64,000 nucleotides of DNA, from positions 186,001 through 250,000 of the forward strand of contig CP060756.1 in assembly GCA_023205875.1 (NCBI GenBank). The letters run 5' to 3'. The notes beneath the pieces are model-generated. The model did no database searches, was not told the DNA's origin, and saw nothing but the letters and a program-made list of their open reading frames with translations. Positions 21,633-31,917 of the stretch are shown one piece after another. The stretch comes from Chloropicon primus (taxonomy: Eukaryota). Within the stretch, counting starts at the first letter, position 1. Every line of letters begins with the position of its first letter. Both the position numbers and the translations under genes were made by a program.

Positions 21633-23183
21633 TTACAGAAAGATGTTTGCCGCGCTTCTCCTCAGGGACTCTGGGCAGTTTGGGTGCCCCGCGATGATTC
21701 TCTCGATCTCGCAGCCCATCATCAGCAACCGGCTCGGCCGGAACTCCTGCTGCCTCCTGTGGTCCCCGATGGTCTCCACGAATTTTTGCTCCACCAGCCT
21801 CACGTACGACTCGAGGGCCGCCTCCTGCCCAAACCTCTGATCGGCGCTCCGCAGGGACTCCACCTCCTTGTAGATGTGCTGGAAGTTGTAGGACTCCTTC
21901 CCCCGCTTCTCGAGCCTCTGCATCGCCACGAGCATGGTGAGGTCCAGGACCGACATCTGGAGGCCCTGCTTCACCAGCGTCGTGACTGACATGCTCCCGC
22001 AGGCCGCCCTCAGCATGGGGAGCGTGAGGGTGCTCACGGACCCGTCCATTGAGCAGATGAGGCCTAGGACGAGCTGCTCGACCGTGTAGATCGTCGCGTT
22101 GCACTTGAAGAACCTGTCCAGAACAGCTTTGGACTCTTCCGAGCAGAGCATCGCCGCGACCTCCCTGTTGAAGGCCTTCACCTCCTCCTCGTCTCTCTCG
22201 CCGCTCAGCTGGAGGGAAGGGTCCGATCCGGAAAGAAGCCCGTCGTCGCCCGCCGAGCCCTCTGGCACGGTGAGGAGCTCCTTGAGCACCCTTATGCCCT
22301 CCTCCGGCGGGGGAGCCGGCGTCACGACTTTTCTGTACGAGAACCTCGACCTGGCCCTCTTCTCCATGAGCTCCAGGCAGTCGTGCCTGCTGCTCAGGCC
22401 CACCACCGCCGCCTGCGCCTGGGAACCCTGCAGGGCGTCCAAGAGGTTGTACAAAAGCCCCTGCTTCTGCTTGGTGGTGTAAAGGTCGAGGCAGTCCAGA
22501 ACGAATATGACCGTCTTGTGGCCCTTGTCCAGCTCGGAGAGGATCTCCCGCAAGAACCTCAGGTTCGTGGAAAATGACGCCGACTTGAGGAAGTTCAGGT
22601 CCCAGGTGTCGCAGAGCTGCCTCGCGATCTCGCGGAGCGCGGAGCACTCGTCCGAGTGCAGAAGGCCCGACAGCCGCACCACGCCCACGCTCGCTGACTT
22701 GCCCTCCTCGTTGAACTCCGCCAGGAGGTCGCCCAGCACGCGCTCAAGCACCTCCTTCTTCGCGGATCCCGGGGCGCCCACGAGGAGAACGGAGTTGTTC
22801 GTGCCGTGGATGATCGTCGAGCGGATCAGGTTGTCCAGCTTCTCGCAGCTCTCCTGAAAGTGCTCCGACGACTCGCGGCACTTGCGCCCTCGCTCGTCGT
22901 TCAGGAGCCTCCTCCTGAGGATCTGAAGGAACTTGCGCAGCGCGGGCTTCGAGACGCCGCCGGACCCTCCCTGCTGGTCGCTCCTCCTCCCCACCCTGGC
23001 CCTCCTGCTGCTGGGCGGTCTCTGCTCCTCCTCCGTCGACCTCTTCGCCTCGTCCACCCGGACCGCGCTCGCCTTGCGTTTGCCCCTCCTCCCGTGCCTC
23101 CCCTTGCTGAACGCGTCCGTGATCTTCTCCCTCGACCTCAGCCCCCCCCTCCTCTCCTCCATCCTCCTCGTCGCAATCGCCAT
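21633..23183 (-). CDS. ORC4: Origin recognition complex subunit 4 (AAA+)
   Basis: GTNNSVLLVGAPG, ALREIARQL, KQGLLYNLLD, ELMEKRARSRFSYR. Confidence 0.92.
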   Translation of the reverse strand: MAIATRRMEERRGGLRSREKITDAFSKGRHGRRGKRKASAVRVDEAKRSTEEEQRPPSSRRARVGRRSDQQGGSGGVSKPALRKFLQILRRRLLNDERGRKCRESSEHFQESCEKLDNLIRSTIIHGTNNSVLLVGAPGSAKKEVLERVLGDLLAEFNEEGKSASVGVVRLSGLLHSDECSALREIARQLCDTWDLNFLKSASFSTNLRFLREILSELDKGHKTVIFVLDCLDLYTTKQKQGLLYNLLDALQGSQAQAAVVGLSSRHDCLELMEKRARSRFSYRKVVTPAPPPEEGIRVLKELLTVPEGSAGDDGLLSGSDPSLQLSGERDEEEVKAFNREVAAMLCSEESKAVLDRFFKCNATIYTVEQLVLGLICSMDGSVSTLTLPMLRAACGSMSVTTLVKQGLQMSVLDLTMLVAMQRLEKRGKESYNFQHIYKEVESLRSADQRFGQEAALESYVRLVEQKFVETIGDHRRQQEFRPSRLLMMGCEIERIIAGHPNCPESLRRSAANIFL

Positions 23184-23625
23184 TTTCGATCTTCAATTCC
23201 TCACCAGAGCGCCGTTTCCTTCGCGAGACAACTCTTTCGAAAGAACAACGCGACACCTTTCACGTCCCGAAACCCTCCCCCCCTCTCCTCTCCTTCTCCC
23301 CCCTCGCCCTCGGACCAAAAACTCGAACTCGTCGTCGATCGATCGACCGAGCCTCCGCTTCGTCCCCCTCCAATTTAGCCTGAATTTGGCGGGAAGAGCG
23401 ATTAGGTTTTCGGCGCTGAAGCTCGTCGAACGTCTTGGTCGTAACGCCTGGACTTTGAGGACGGCTCGGAGTGGCGAGGGGAGGGAGAGGCTCGAGGGAA
23501 CGAGCGTGGAGTCCGAGAGCTTTCGAGTGTGATAGGGCGGGGCCCTTTTTTTTCTTTCTTACTTTTCCTTTTTTTTTTTGGGGGGGGGGCGGTTCAAGTT
23601 GTGGACACGAGCTAGACGAGTCTAG

Positions 23626-24870
23626 ATGAGTGCGACGGCGGTGATGATGGTGGGGGGACCGACCAAGGGGACGAGGTTCAGGCCCCTGTCGATGACCGTG
23701 ATGAAGCCCCTGTTTCCCATCGCGGGGAAGCCGCTCGTGACGCACCCGGTGCTGGCGTGCAAGAAGATACCCGACCTGCTCCAGGTCGTCCTCATTGGGT
23801 TTTACACCAGGGAGGAGATGGGGAGCCTCGACACGGCGCTCCTGTCGCGGGAGCTCGGGGTGCCCGTGACGTACGTCCAGGAGGAGGCCGGGGGGTACGG
23901 CTCCGCGGGGGGTGTGAACCGCTTCAAGGAGATTCTCCTGGAGGGCGGGCCGAAGTACGTCTTCGTCCTGAACTGTGACGTGTGCAGCGACTACCCCCTG
24001 AACGAGATGCTCGTGTTCCACAAGAAGCACGGCGGGGACGCGACGATCTTGGTGAAGAAGGTGAGCGCAGAGGTGGCCAAGGACCACGGGGCAGTGGTCC
24101 TCGACCCGGAGGGCCAGGGCAGGGTCCTGCACTACGCCGAGAAGCCTGGAACCTTGGTGAGCAACACGGTGAACTGTGGCATCTACGTCTTCTCCTGCCC
24201 CCAAGTCTTCGACGCCATCGGGACGCTCCTGTCGTCCAGGACGGACAAGGACGAGCACAACCTCGTCCCGGCGTCGATGGCGAGCAAGCTGAAGAAGAAT
24301 CAGAGCGCCGCGGTCCTCCAGCAGAGGCTAGGGATGCCCGAGGTCTTCTCCTTCCTCGCCGAGAAGAAGGTTTTGTACGCCCTCGAGAGCAGGGGGTTCT
24401 GGGAGCAGTTGAAGCAGCCGGGGTCGAGCTTGAAATTCTCTGCCCTCTACCTCAGCGTGATGGGCAGCGAGCTGGCCCACGCCAGGGCGAGGCTGAAGGG
24501 CGGGCCGGAGATCGTCGGCAACGTGTACATCCATCCGGACGCGGAGGTCCACCCCTCGGCCAAGATCGGCCCCAACGTCACGATCGAGAAGGGGGCTATG
24601 GTCGCCGAGGGGGTGAGGATCAAAGATTGTATCATCCTGAACGACGTCCAGATCATGCCCAACGCCTGCCTGGTCAACTCGATCATCGGCTGGAACTCCG
24701 TGGTTGGGCCCTGGGCAAGAATTCAGGGGACGGAGGATTACGACTCCAAGATGGGGGTTACCATACTCGCAGAGGGCGTTGTGGTGGGGCCGCAGGTGGT
24801 GGTGGTTTCCTCCGTCATCCTTCCTCACAAGGAGATCAAAGTCAGCGTCGACAACGAGATTGTTCTCTGA
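23626..24870 (+). CDS. GMPPA: Mannose-1-phosphate guanylyltransferase alpha subunit (KONJAC-like)
   Basis: Alpha-type GGPTKGTRFRPLS..KPLFPIAG, VLNCDVCSDYPL, LHYAEKP, C-terminal hexapeptide repeats. Confidence 0.92.
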   Translation: MSATAVMMVGGPTKGTRFRPLSMTVMKPLFPIAGKPLVTHPVLACKKIPDLLQVVLIGFYTREEMGSLDTALLSRELGVPVTYVQEEAGGYGSAGGVNRFKEILLEGGPKYVFVLNCDVCSDYPLNEMLVFHKKHGGDATILVKKVSAEVAKDHGAVVLDPEGQGRVLHYAEKPGTLVSNTVNCGIYVFSCPQVFDAIGTLLSSRTDKDEHNLVPASMASKLKKNQSAAVLQQRLGMPEVFSFLAEKKVLYALESRGFWEQLKQPGSSLKFSALYLSVMGSELAHARARLKGGPEIVGNVYIHPDAEVHPSAKIGPNVTIEKGAMVAEGVRIKDCIILNDVQIMPNACLVNSIIGWNSVVGPWARIQGTEDYDSKMGVTILAEGVVVGPQVVVVSSVILPHKEIKVSVDNEIVL

Positions 24871-24963
24871 TGTGTGCGTTCTAGGGAAAACTTCTTTAAT
24901 ATCACCACCTTTTCACATAATAACGTACTTATGACCATGCGCGTGCGCGTTTTCAGCAGGCTC

Positions 24964-26343
24964 CTACGAGGCCTTCCCGAATACTTTGTTCACCCACTTT
25001 GTGAGCTTGGACGAGAACCCCTTCTTCTTTTTCTTCTCCTTGCCGAGAGGCACGCCGTTCGCCGTGGTCTCCCGGATGCTGCCACTACTCCCGCTGGAAC
25101 CGTTCCCGTCCGTTGTCCCAGGGCTGTGCGTCCTGGTGCTGCTGTTTGCCGTGTGCATCAAGCTCCTCGCGCTTATGCTGGCTATCTCGTCCTCGTGCAG
25201 GAGGTGGGCGTTCTTGTCGTGGCAGAAATACCTCTCCTCGGCGTTCTCCTCCCTCAGCACCGACAAAATGTCCGCGAACGAAGGCCGCTCCCTCGGGTCC
25301 TGGCTCCAGCACCTTGCTATCAGGGCCTTGGTCGCTCCGGGAATGAAGTCCGGCAAGGCCGGCCTCGCGGAATGCTTGACCACGTCGTACAGGATCCTCA
25401 CGTGGTTCAACTCCTGGCCATAATTGGAGGAGAAGGGGATCTCCCCAGAAAGAAGCTCGAAGAGAACGATGGCGAAGGAGTAAACGTCCACCTTCTCGTC
25501 GTACCTGGCCCCTTGGATGAGCTCCGGGGCCATCCAGCTGGGAGTGCCAATCAGCGAAGAGCTCGGGTCGTTCTTGTAGAGGGTCGCCTGCTTGATCCTG
25601 GACAGGTCAAAGTCCGCGATCTTGACCGTCCAGTTGTTGTTCGTCAGGATGTTCCTCGACTTCAAGTCGCGGTGGATGATGCCCTCGTTGTGCAGGTAAA
25701 TCATCCCGAGCGTGATGTCCTTCACGATGGTCCTCAGAAGCCTCGGGCTCGCGGTCTCCAGCCAGTCCCGCCTGTGGACGTGATCGTGCAAGCTCCCCCC
25801 GGACATGTACTCGGTCACTATCCCGTACTGCACCTCCGCGCCGGACGTGTTCATCACCTTGACGTGAGAGCGGCAGGCTCCCATGAACAGCACGATGTTG
25901 GGGTGCCTCAGGCTGCTCAGGCTGTGAACCTCCGCTTGAAAGGCCTTCTCGACCTTTGCCACGTGCTTGGGGACTCCGTCGCGCGCATTGCCCTCCACCT
26001 CGAAGACGTGGCCGCCCTGCCGGTAAAGGATCTTCACCGCGACGTCGAGGCCCTGCCACTGACCCCTCCAGACCTCCCCCGTCCCCCCCGAGCCCATCGT
26101 CTCCTCCAGCTCGATCTCGTCGAGGGGGATGACCCAATCCTTCTTCTTCTTCTTCTTCCCACCGTTCACGCTCTTCTTCGGCTTCAGCCGGCTCGACAAG
26201 GCGAACCTGCGGAACGAGGAGGACTTCAAGGGCAGGAGCGACCCGCCACAACCCGCCTCGTCCGTCGTCACCGCCGGAGATCCCACATCCGTGTCCGAGA
26301 ACGACCTCCGGAGCGAGTCCCTCCTCAAGCCGTCCACTACCAT
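24964..26343 (-). CDS. Raf-like (TKL group) Ser/Thr protein kinase
   Basis: GSGGTGEVWRGQWQG, VAVK, LRHPNIVLFMGAC, HRDLKSRN, DFD, GTPSWMAPE. Confidence 0.92.
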   Translation of the reverse strand: MVVDGLRRDSLRRSFSDTDVGSPAVTTDEAGCGGSLLPLKSSSFRRFALSSRLKPKKSVNGGKKKKKKDWVIPLDEIELEETMGSGGTGEVWRGQWQGLDVAVKILYRQGGHVFEVEGNARDGVPKHVAKVEKAFQAEVHSLSSLRHPNIVLFMGACRSHVKVMNTSGAEVQYGIVTEYMSGGSLHDHVHRRDWLETASPRLLRTIVKDITLGMIYLHNEGIIHRDLKSRNILTNNNWTVKIADFDLSRIKQATLYKNDPSSSLIGTPSWMAPELIQGARYDEKVDVYSFAIVLFELLSGEIPFSSNYGQELNHVRILYDVVKHSARPALPDFIPGATKALIARCWSQDPRERPSFADILSVLREENAEERYFCHDKNAHLLHEDEIASISARSLMHTANSSTRTHSPGTTDGNGSSGSSGSIRETTANGVPLGKEKKKKKGFSSKLTKWVNKVFGKAS

Positions 26344-26825
26344 CCCGTCCCTTCCCGAACGAACGAACGAACGAGCGAAAGAGGGAATGGAGCCAACACC
26401 CGAGGCGTCCCGTCACCCTTCTTCCCAACGAGACAAAGCCAGAGCGGAGGAGGCCAAAGCTCGCGGCAATCCGCCGAGTCCCTCGCTAATCACAAAGCGT
26501 TACGACGAGTTCCCTTTCGTTTTTGTTTTTCTTTCTGCAAAACCAAAAAGTGGAGTCCATCTGTCGCAATAGGATAGCTTCACCTCATAGGCCTGACAGG
26601 GTGAGTGGCGGTGCGAAGGACGACGAGGGGGGAGGGAGAGGGGTAGAAGGTTGGATTGGGGGGATCGTTGCGCTCTACCCTTTCGAATGGGTCCTCGCTC
26701 GAAGGATTTGGACCGGGTTTGAGAATGCTGTGACTGATTCTCTTGTCGTTTATTTATTTTTTTTCGATGCGATCGGGTCAAGGGGGCGAGGTGCGTGGTG
26801 ACTGGCGAGGAGAGCGGCGAGAGTT

Positions 26826-27640
26826 ATGGAGGGGGCGTCCTGCGCGCACGATCATGACTGCGGGGACCACGACTGCGGATCCATGTGGAGGCTGAACCAG
26901 TTCGTGGACACACCAAAGGTGAGGAGGAGGGGGTTCACAATAATGCGAGCCTTGGGGTGGTGGATCTGAGCCTGCTTCGTCTTGGCTAACGCACTTTTTT
27001 CTTTTGCCGACCGCGGGATCCGGAAACTTGCAGGTTCGAGCCCTGAACGAGGAGGTGCAGGGCAGCTGCAAGGAGCTTTTTCGGGGGTGGGAGGAGAGGC
27101 TTGACCGGTCCAAGTGCTGCTCGAGCGAGGAGGACGACCCGGAGCTCATCATACACGTCCCGTTCACTTGTGACGTGAAGCTGAAGAGCATCTGCGTCAT
27201 CGGTGGCCTCGACGACACGAGCCCGAAGCTGCTCAAGGTGTTCTTGAACAGGGAGGACGTGGACTTCACAAACGCGAGCGACTTGCCACCGGTGCAAGAG
27301 TGGGAACTTCTGGAGGACCCCAACGGGGTGTTCGAGTACAACACCAAGTTCAGAAAGTTTCAAGCGGTCTCCAGCATCACCATGTACTTCCCGGAGAGCT
27401 ACGGCGGGAACCAGACCAAAATTCATTTCATCGGCTTCAAAGGAGGTAAGTGGTCGCAACTCCCCTCGTGCGCCCTGGAGTCCGCCATCGAACTAACGAC
27501 GCGGGCGGTTGCTTTTCTCTGGCGCAGAGGCCACGCAAAACCAGAGGGACAAGATCGTGAACGCGGTGTACGAGGTCAAGCCCATCCCCGAGGACCACAA
27601 AGCCGGGAACGATGAAATGGCCATGAAGTCCATCTTCTAG
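26826..27640 (+). CDS. PITHD1: PITH domain-containing protein; three exons
   Basis: Exons 26826-26918, 27034-27445 and 27528-27640 splice in frame: MEGASCAHDHDC..., DDPELIIHVPFT, VKLKSICVIGG, TKIHFIGFKGE, VNAVYEVKP. Confidence 0.9.
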
Positions 27641-27804
27641 TTTGGGCACGCCACGAAACGAAACGAGGGAGAATTTTTTGTCTAGTCTAGAATATTGTTA
27701 CAACTCTTCGTTCACACACACACACACACACACATATAAAGTTAATTCTATATGCACAACCCCGCTGAAGCAGTTCAAAGGCCCACGCGACGGGCACCGC
27801 CATC

Positions 27805-28524
27805 TCAAAGCAGGTTCTTCTTCGCTTTTGAGATCTCGTCCTTTGCGCTGATGTTCAGCGTATGCATCTCTGCGAGGAGTGCCTTGGCGGGTCTGACCAG
27901 CTCATCCGTGTCGATGTTCTCCTCCAGGGGAGCGAAGCAATACTCCCTCCCCTCGGCGTCCTCCAGGCCGCCGACCCCGCCCTCAGGCTCCAACAGAGTC
28001 ACGTCCACGTTGAACAAGTTTTTGCTCGGTTTCCTCTCCCCATCCAAGTTCCTCAGGTCTGGCAACAGGTCAAGAACCTTTATCTTGTAGTGCCTCACCT
28101 TGCACACGGGGTTCGGCAGGTCGCCCCCGTGGTTCTGAAAGTAAACGCTCTGGAGGTTCGGTAGGCACTTGAGGTGCTCGAAATCCTCGGGACTTGAGAT
28201 CTTGTTGTCTTGGATGAGCAAGTGCTGGAGCGATGGAATCTGCTCGATGTTCTTCAGGGACTCGATCCTGTTGGACGTCAGGATGAGCTTCCTCAACTTC
28301 ACAAGGTTCTCCAGACCTTGGATCCCCCGCAAGAAGTTCCCGCTCAGGTTGAGCTCGGTTATGTTCACGCAGCTCTCTAAGCACGCTATGCGTGTAATCC
28401 GCCTATTCGTGCAAGCAAGTTTGGTCACTATCTCCAGGTCGAACGTCCTGGCCTCTTCGAGTATGGCCCTCTTGGTCAGGGGCACGTCCTCCTCGAGCGT
28501 CATCATTTCCCCCCTGCCGTTCAT
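27805..28524 (-). CDS. SDS22-like leucine-rich repeat protein (LRRC61-like)
   Basis: LRRs LNLSGNFLRGIQGLENLVKLRKLILTSNRI and LRR cap NPVC...LPDLRNLDG; ATG at 28524 or 28506. Confidence 0.75.
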   Translation of the reverse strand: MNGRGEMMTLEEDVPLTKRAILEEARTFDLEIVTKLACTNRRITRIACLESCVNITELNLSGNFLRGIQGLENLVKLRKLILTSNRIESLKNIEQIPSLQHLLIQDNKISSPEDFEHLKCLPNLQSVYFQNHGGDLPNPVCKVRHYKIKVLDLLPDLRNLDGERKPSKNLFNVDVTLLEPEGGVGGLEDAEGREYCFAPLEENIDTDELVRPAKALLAEMHTLNISAKDEISKAKKNLL

Positions 28525-28665
28525 CCCAACCCTACCCGTCTCTGACCACCCTCCACAATGGTTTTCAGGTGAGTAAGGTCGAGTGACACAGCGGTGCAGT
28601 CGCCCCGGTTCCCTCCTCCCTCCTCCCTGTGCCTGTGCCCCTCCAACTGCAACCGCACTGGACTG

Positions 28666-28695
28666 AATCAAATCAAATCAAATCAAATCAAATCA
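28666..28695. repeat. (AAATC)n microsatellite
   Basis: About six copies of AAATC. Confidence 0.9.
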
Positions 28696-28901
28696 CCCAA
28701 CAAGCCAAGATGGCCTGTTCTCAAGCGGGTGTGATGCAGTGATGTAGCCGCCCCTCCTCCCTTCTCCCTCCTCCCTGTCCTTCGTCCCTGTCCTGCTCTC
28801 TCCTGCCTTGCCTGTCACTGATTGGTTTCAAAACCTTTCCATGGGATGAAGGCACCGTTTGAACGAATAGACAGAGAGAGGAGAGAGAGAGAGGCGTAGC
28901 C

Positions 28902-29675
28902 ATGGAAGAAGGAACAGGACAAGATGCTGTGATGAAGTTCGAGACCAAGCAACTCCAGGTGAGTCCTCTCAAGAATTACTTCAAGTCGCACTTCACTGTC
29001 GCGTCCTTGCTGTTGCTGTTGCGTGGAAGAGAAGGGAAACACACACACACTTTACTGACACGAAAGTTTTGTCTCTTGCTTGTGTTCTTGCTTTTGTCTC
29101 TCTTCCTTTCTTCGTTTTGCAGGAGTTGCAGCAGTCTCGTAATGAGCTTCTGTCACGAGTCGCGAACTTGAAGAAGGTGGGTCCTCGCGTTTGGAGACAA
29201 AACGACGCATTCTAGTCGACTGACCAGATTCTCTGTCTCTTTCCCAGGACTTGCAAGATTGGAGGACCAAACTGGATAATCAAGTGAAAACGTACAGAAC
29301 GGTAAGGAAATCGTGGAACCTTTGCAAGGTCGCGAAAGATCCGCACAAAGTTTGAAAGACCGAGATCTTGGTGGCGGGCAGTGCATATTGCATCCTGCTC
29401 AAGTCTAACGCCCGCCGTCGTCCTCTTTCGTTTTCGGGGGCTTGTCCATCGAACAGGAATTGGGAGACTTGAGAACCACCTTGAACCAAGAAGTGGAGCA
29501 GCTCAGGACGGAGTTCCAAGGGCTGAGGTCGACCTTGAACCAGCAGCTGGAGGCGACAGCAAACTTGGCGTCCGTGGTAAGTACGCCACTCATCTTTCTG
29601 ACCCGGCTAAGTTATACCAGCAGCTGACGCGTTCTTTTCACCATACAGGAGGACGACGACGAGGGCAAGGCGTGA
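28902..29675 (+). CDS. Small (103 aa) coiled-coil protein resembling a conserved green-plant family; five exons
   Basis: Exons 28902-28958, 29123-29176, 29248-29301, 29457-29576 and 29649-29675, all GT-AG and phase 0: ...ELQQSRNELLSRVANLKK/DLQDWRTKLDNQVKTYRT/ELGDLRTTLNQEVEQLRTEFQGLR... Confidence 0.85.
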
Positions 29676-29772
29676 CGGGGGAGTGAGGCAACAGAAACAA
29701 GGATCTTTTTCATAAATATATATGCTAATATCAGTGGGAAAAAGAATAGGTTAATATGCTTCTCTAGAGCGA

Positions 29773-31590
29773 TCATTCATTCTTCATGAAGGCGTCCTCC
29801 GCGAGGTCTATGGCTCTCGACAAGGCGGCCGACTTGTTGACGGTCTCCTGGTACTCTGACTCGGGATCAGAGTCTGCCACGAGGCCAGCCCCGGCTTGGA
29901 TGTAAACGCACCACTCTTTTCTGACATCGCCGTCGTCGTAAGAGTAGAGCCTGTCCTTGGAATATGTGGGTATGATCATCGTCCTCAGCGCGAGGGCGAT
30001 GTCTGTGTTTTGGTTGAATCCGACGTAACCAATGCCCCCAGCGTATGGACCCCTCCTGTTTACCTCCAGCTCGTCAATGATTTGCATGGCTCTGACTTTC
30101 GGAGCCCCGCTGACGGTGCCAGCTGGCAGAGCGGCCCGCAGGGCATCCCAGGACGAGACCTCGTCCTTCAGCTCTCCGGTAACCGTGCTGCTGATGTGCA
30201 TCACGTGGCTGTACCTTTCGATGTCCATCATGCTTTCTACGTTGACCGTGCCATCCTTTGAGACCACTCCCACATCGTTCCTCCCCAGGTCGACAAGCAT
30301 GATGTGCTCCGACTTCTCCTTCTCGTCCGCCAGCAAGTTCTCCTCCAGGGCAACGTCCTCCTCGTCGGTCTTTCCCCTCCTCCGGGTGCCCGCGAGGGGC
30401 CTGTTCGTGACGACGCGGGACTCGTTCACCCTGCACAAGATCTCGGGGCTCGAGGCGATCAGAATCGCGTCCGCGGTCTGCAGGTAAATCATGTACGGCG
30501 ATGGATTCACAACCCTGAGAGCTCTGTAGATCTCGAACGGATCCGCAAAGGTCCTCCTCTCGAACCTCTGCGACAGGACCAGCTGGAAGATATCCCCCGC
30601 CTGGATGTGCTCCTTCGTCTTCGTCACCGCCGCCAGGAAGTCCTCCTTCTTCATGTTGCACGGCATATTCGTCGCGCTGAAGGCGCCGGTGTCGATGTTG
30701 ATCTGCCCCGGGAGCAGAGGCGGGCTCGCCGTGGCTCTCAGCTGCTGCACAAGCTGTGCGACTTGCTCTTTCCCCTCTGCCGCGGCCTCTTCCTTCGTCT
30801 CGAAATCATCCAGGTCCATCCAAACCACGGCGTATGCGCACTTCTTCGCGTTGTCGAAAATCACAACCTTGTCGTACAGGGCCAGGTACATCTCCGACAG
30901 CCCCCTGTCGTCCTCCGGGGCCGTCTCGAAGGGGATTTTGTTTGGGTACACGTACCTCACCGTGTCGTACCCGATGTACCCCACCCATCCTCCGGAGAAG
31001 ACCTCTGGAAGGTCGCCCGTTTCCCCAATTTTCCAGTCCTTGCTGAGCTGTTCCGGCACGGACAGCGGGTCCTTCACGTCCAGCACCTCCTTGGTCCTGG
31101 AGAGGTGGTTCATGACGGTGACTTTGGAGCCCGAGCCCAGGATCTCGACCTTCGGCTTGGAGCCGATGAAGCTGTAACGCCCCTGCTTCTCGCCATTCTC
31201 GACGGACTCGAAGAGGAAGCTCGGTGCCTCTCTGCTATCTTCCTTCGTGATGCAACGGTACGCGAGAATTGGGTTCAGGTGGTCCGCGAAGGTCTTCTCA
31301 TAGACAGGGAGAAGGTTGAAAGCCTTCGTCCCCTTCTTCCCACCCGAGGAGGCGGACTTGGAGCCCTCGCTCTTGACGGCTTTGGGCACAACCCTCTCCT
31401 CCAGCCCCCTCTCCCTCCCACCAGCAGCACAGGGGGAACGACTCGGCAAGCTCACGCGACTCGAGCGCTTCTCCGTCGACTCGCGGCTCGTCCTCCCCTT
31501 CCCACCCGAGAACACCCTCCCCGCCGCGCACCTCCTCGCCACCCTTGGCCCGCCCCACCCCCTGGCGCTCATTCTCTTCGCGAAAACCAT
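29773..31590 (-). CDS. trpE: Anthranilate synthase alpha subunit, plastid-targeted
   Basis: SFLFESVE, GDIFQLVLSQRF, NPSPYM, RPLAGT, EHIMLVDLGRND, PAGTVSGAPK, QAGAGLVADS. Confidence 0.96.
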   Translation of the reverse strand: MVFAKRMSARGWGGPRVARRCAAGRVFSGGKGRTSRESTEKRSSRVSLPSRSPCAAGGRERGLEERVVPKAVKSEGSKSASSGGKKGTKAFNLLPVYEKTFADHLNPILAYRCITKEDSREAPSFLFESVENGEKQGRYSFIGSKPKVEILGSGSKVTVMNHLSRTKEVLDVKDPLSVPEQLSKDWKIGETGDLPEVFSGGWVGYIGYDTVRYVYPNKIPFETAPEDDRGLSEMYLALYDKVVIFDNAKKCAYAVVWMDLDDFETKEEAAAEGKEQVAQLVQQLRATASPPLLPGQINIDTGAFSATNMPCNMKKEDFLAAVTKTKEHIQAGDIFQLVLSQRFERRTFADPFEIYRALRVVNPSPYMIYLQTADAILIASSPEILCRVNESRVVTNRPLAGTRRRGKTDEEDVALEENLLADEKEKSEHIMLVDLGRNDVGVVSKDGTVNVESMMDIERYSHVMHISSTVTGELKDEVSSWDALRAALPAGTVSGAPKVRAMQIIDELEVNRRGPYAGGIGYVGFNQNTDIALALRTMIIPTYSKDRLYSYDDGDVRKEWCVYIQAGAGLVADSDPESEYQETVNKSAALSRAIDLAEDAFMKNE

Positions 31591-31917
31591 TTTCAGTCCG
31601 TTCCTCCGACGACACCAGCAGACGTTTTCGTTCCTCCAATCCTCGTTCCTCGGTCGTTTCCTTGGAGCGACGGCTCTTTCGAAAGAGTACGCGACGACGA
31701 TTCTCCCTGTCCCCGCTCCCCGTCCCTGTCCCCGCTCCCGCCCTACCCTCTCGCTGTCGAAGGAACGCGTCGCTCACGCCCTCGTCCTCTGCGTCCAAGG
31801 GGAAAGTGAAAGGGAAGCGAGCGGCGGAGGGGGAGAGATAGACGAAGGCGAAGGGAGGCGAAGGGTGTTGGAGTTGTGTGGCGTGGGGTTCCTCCTGGAG
31901 TGGAGTGGAGAGGAGGG

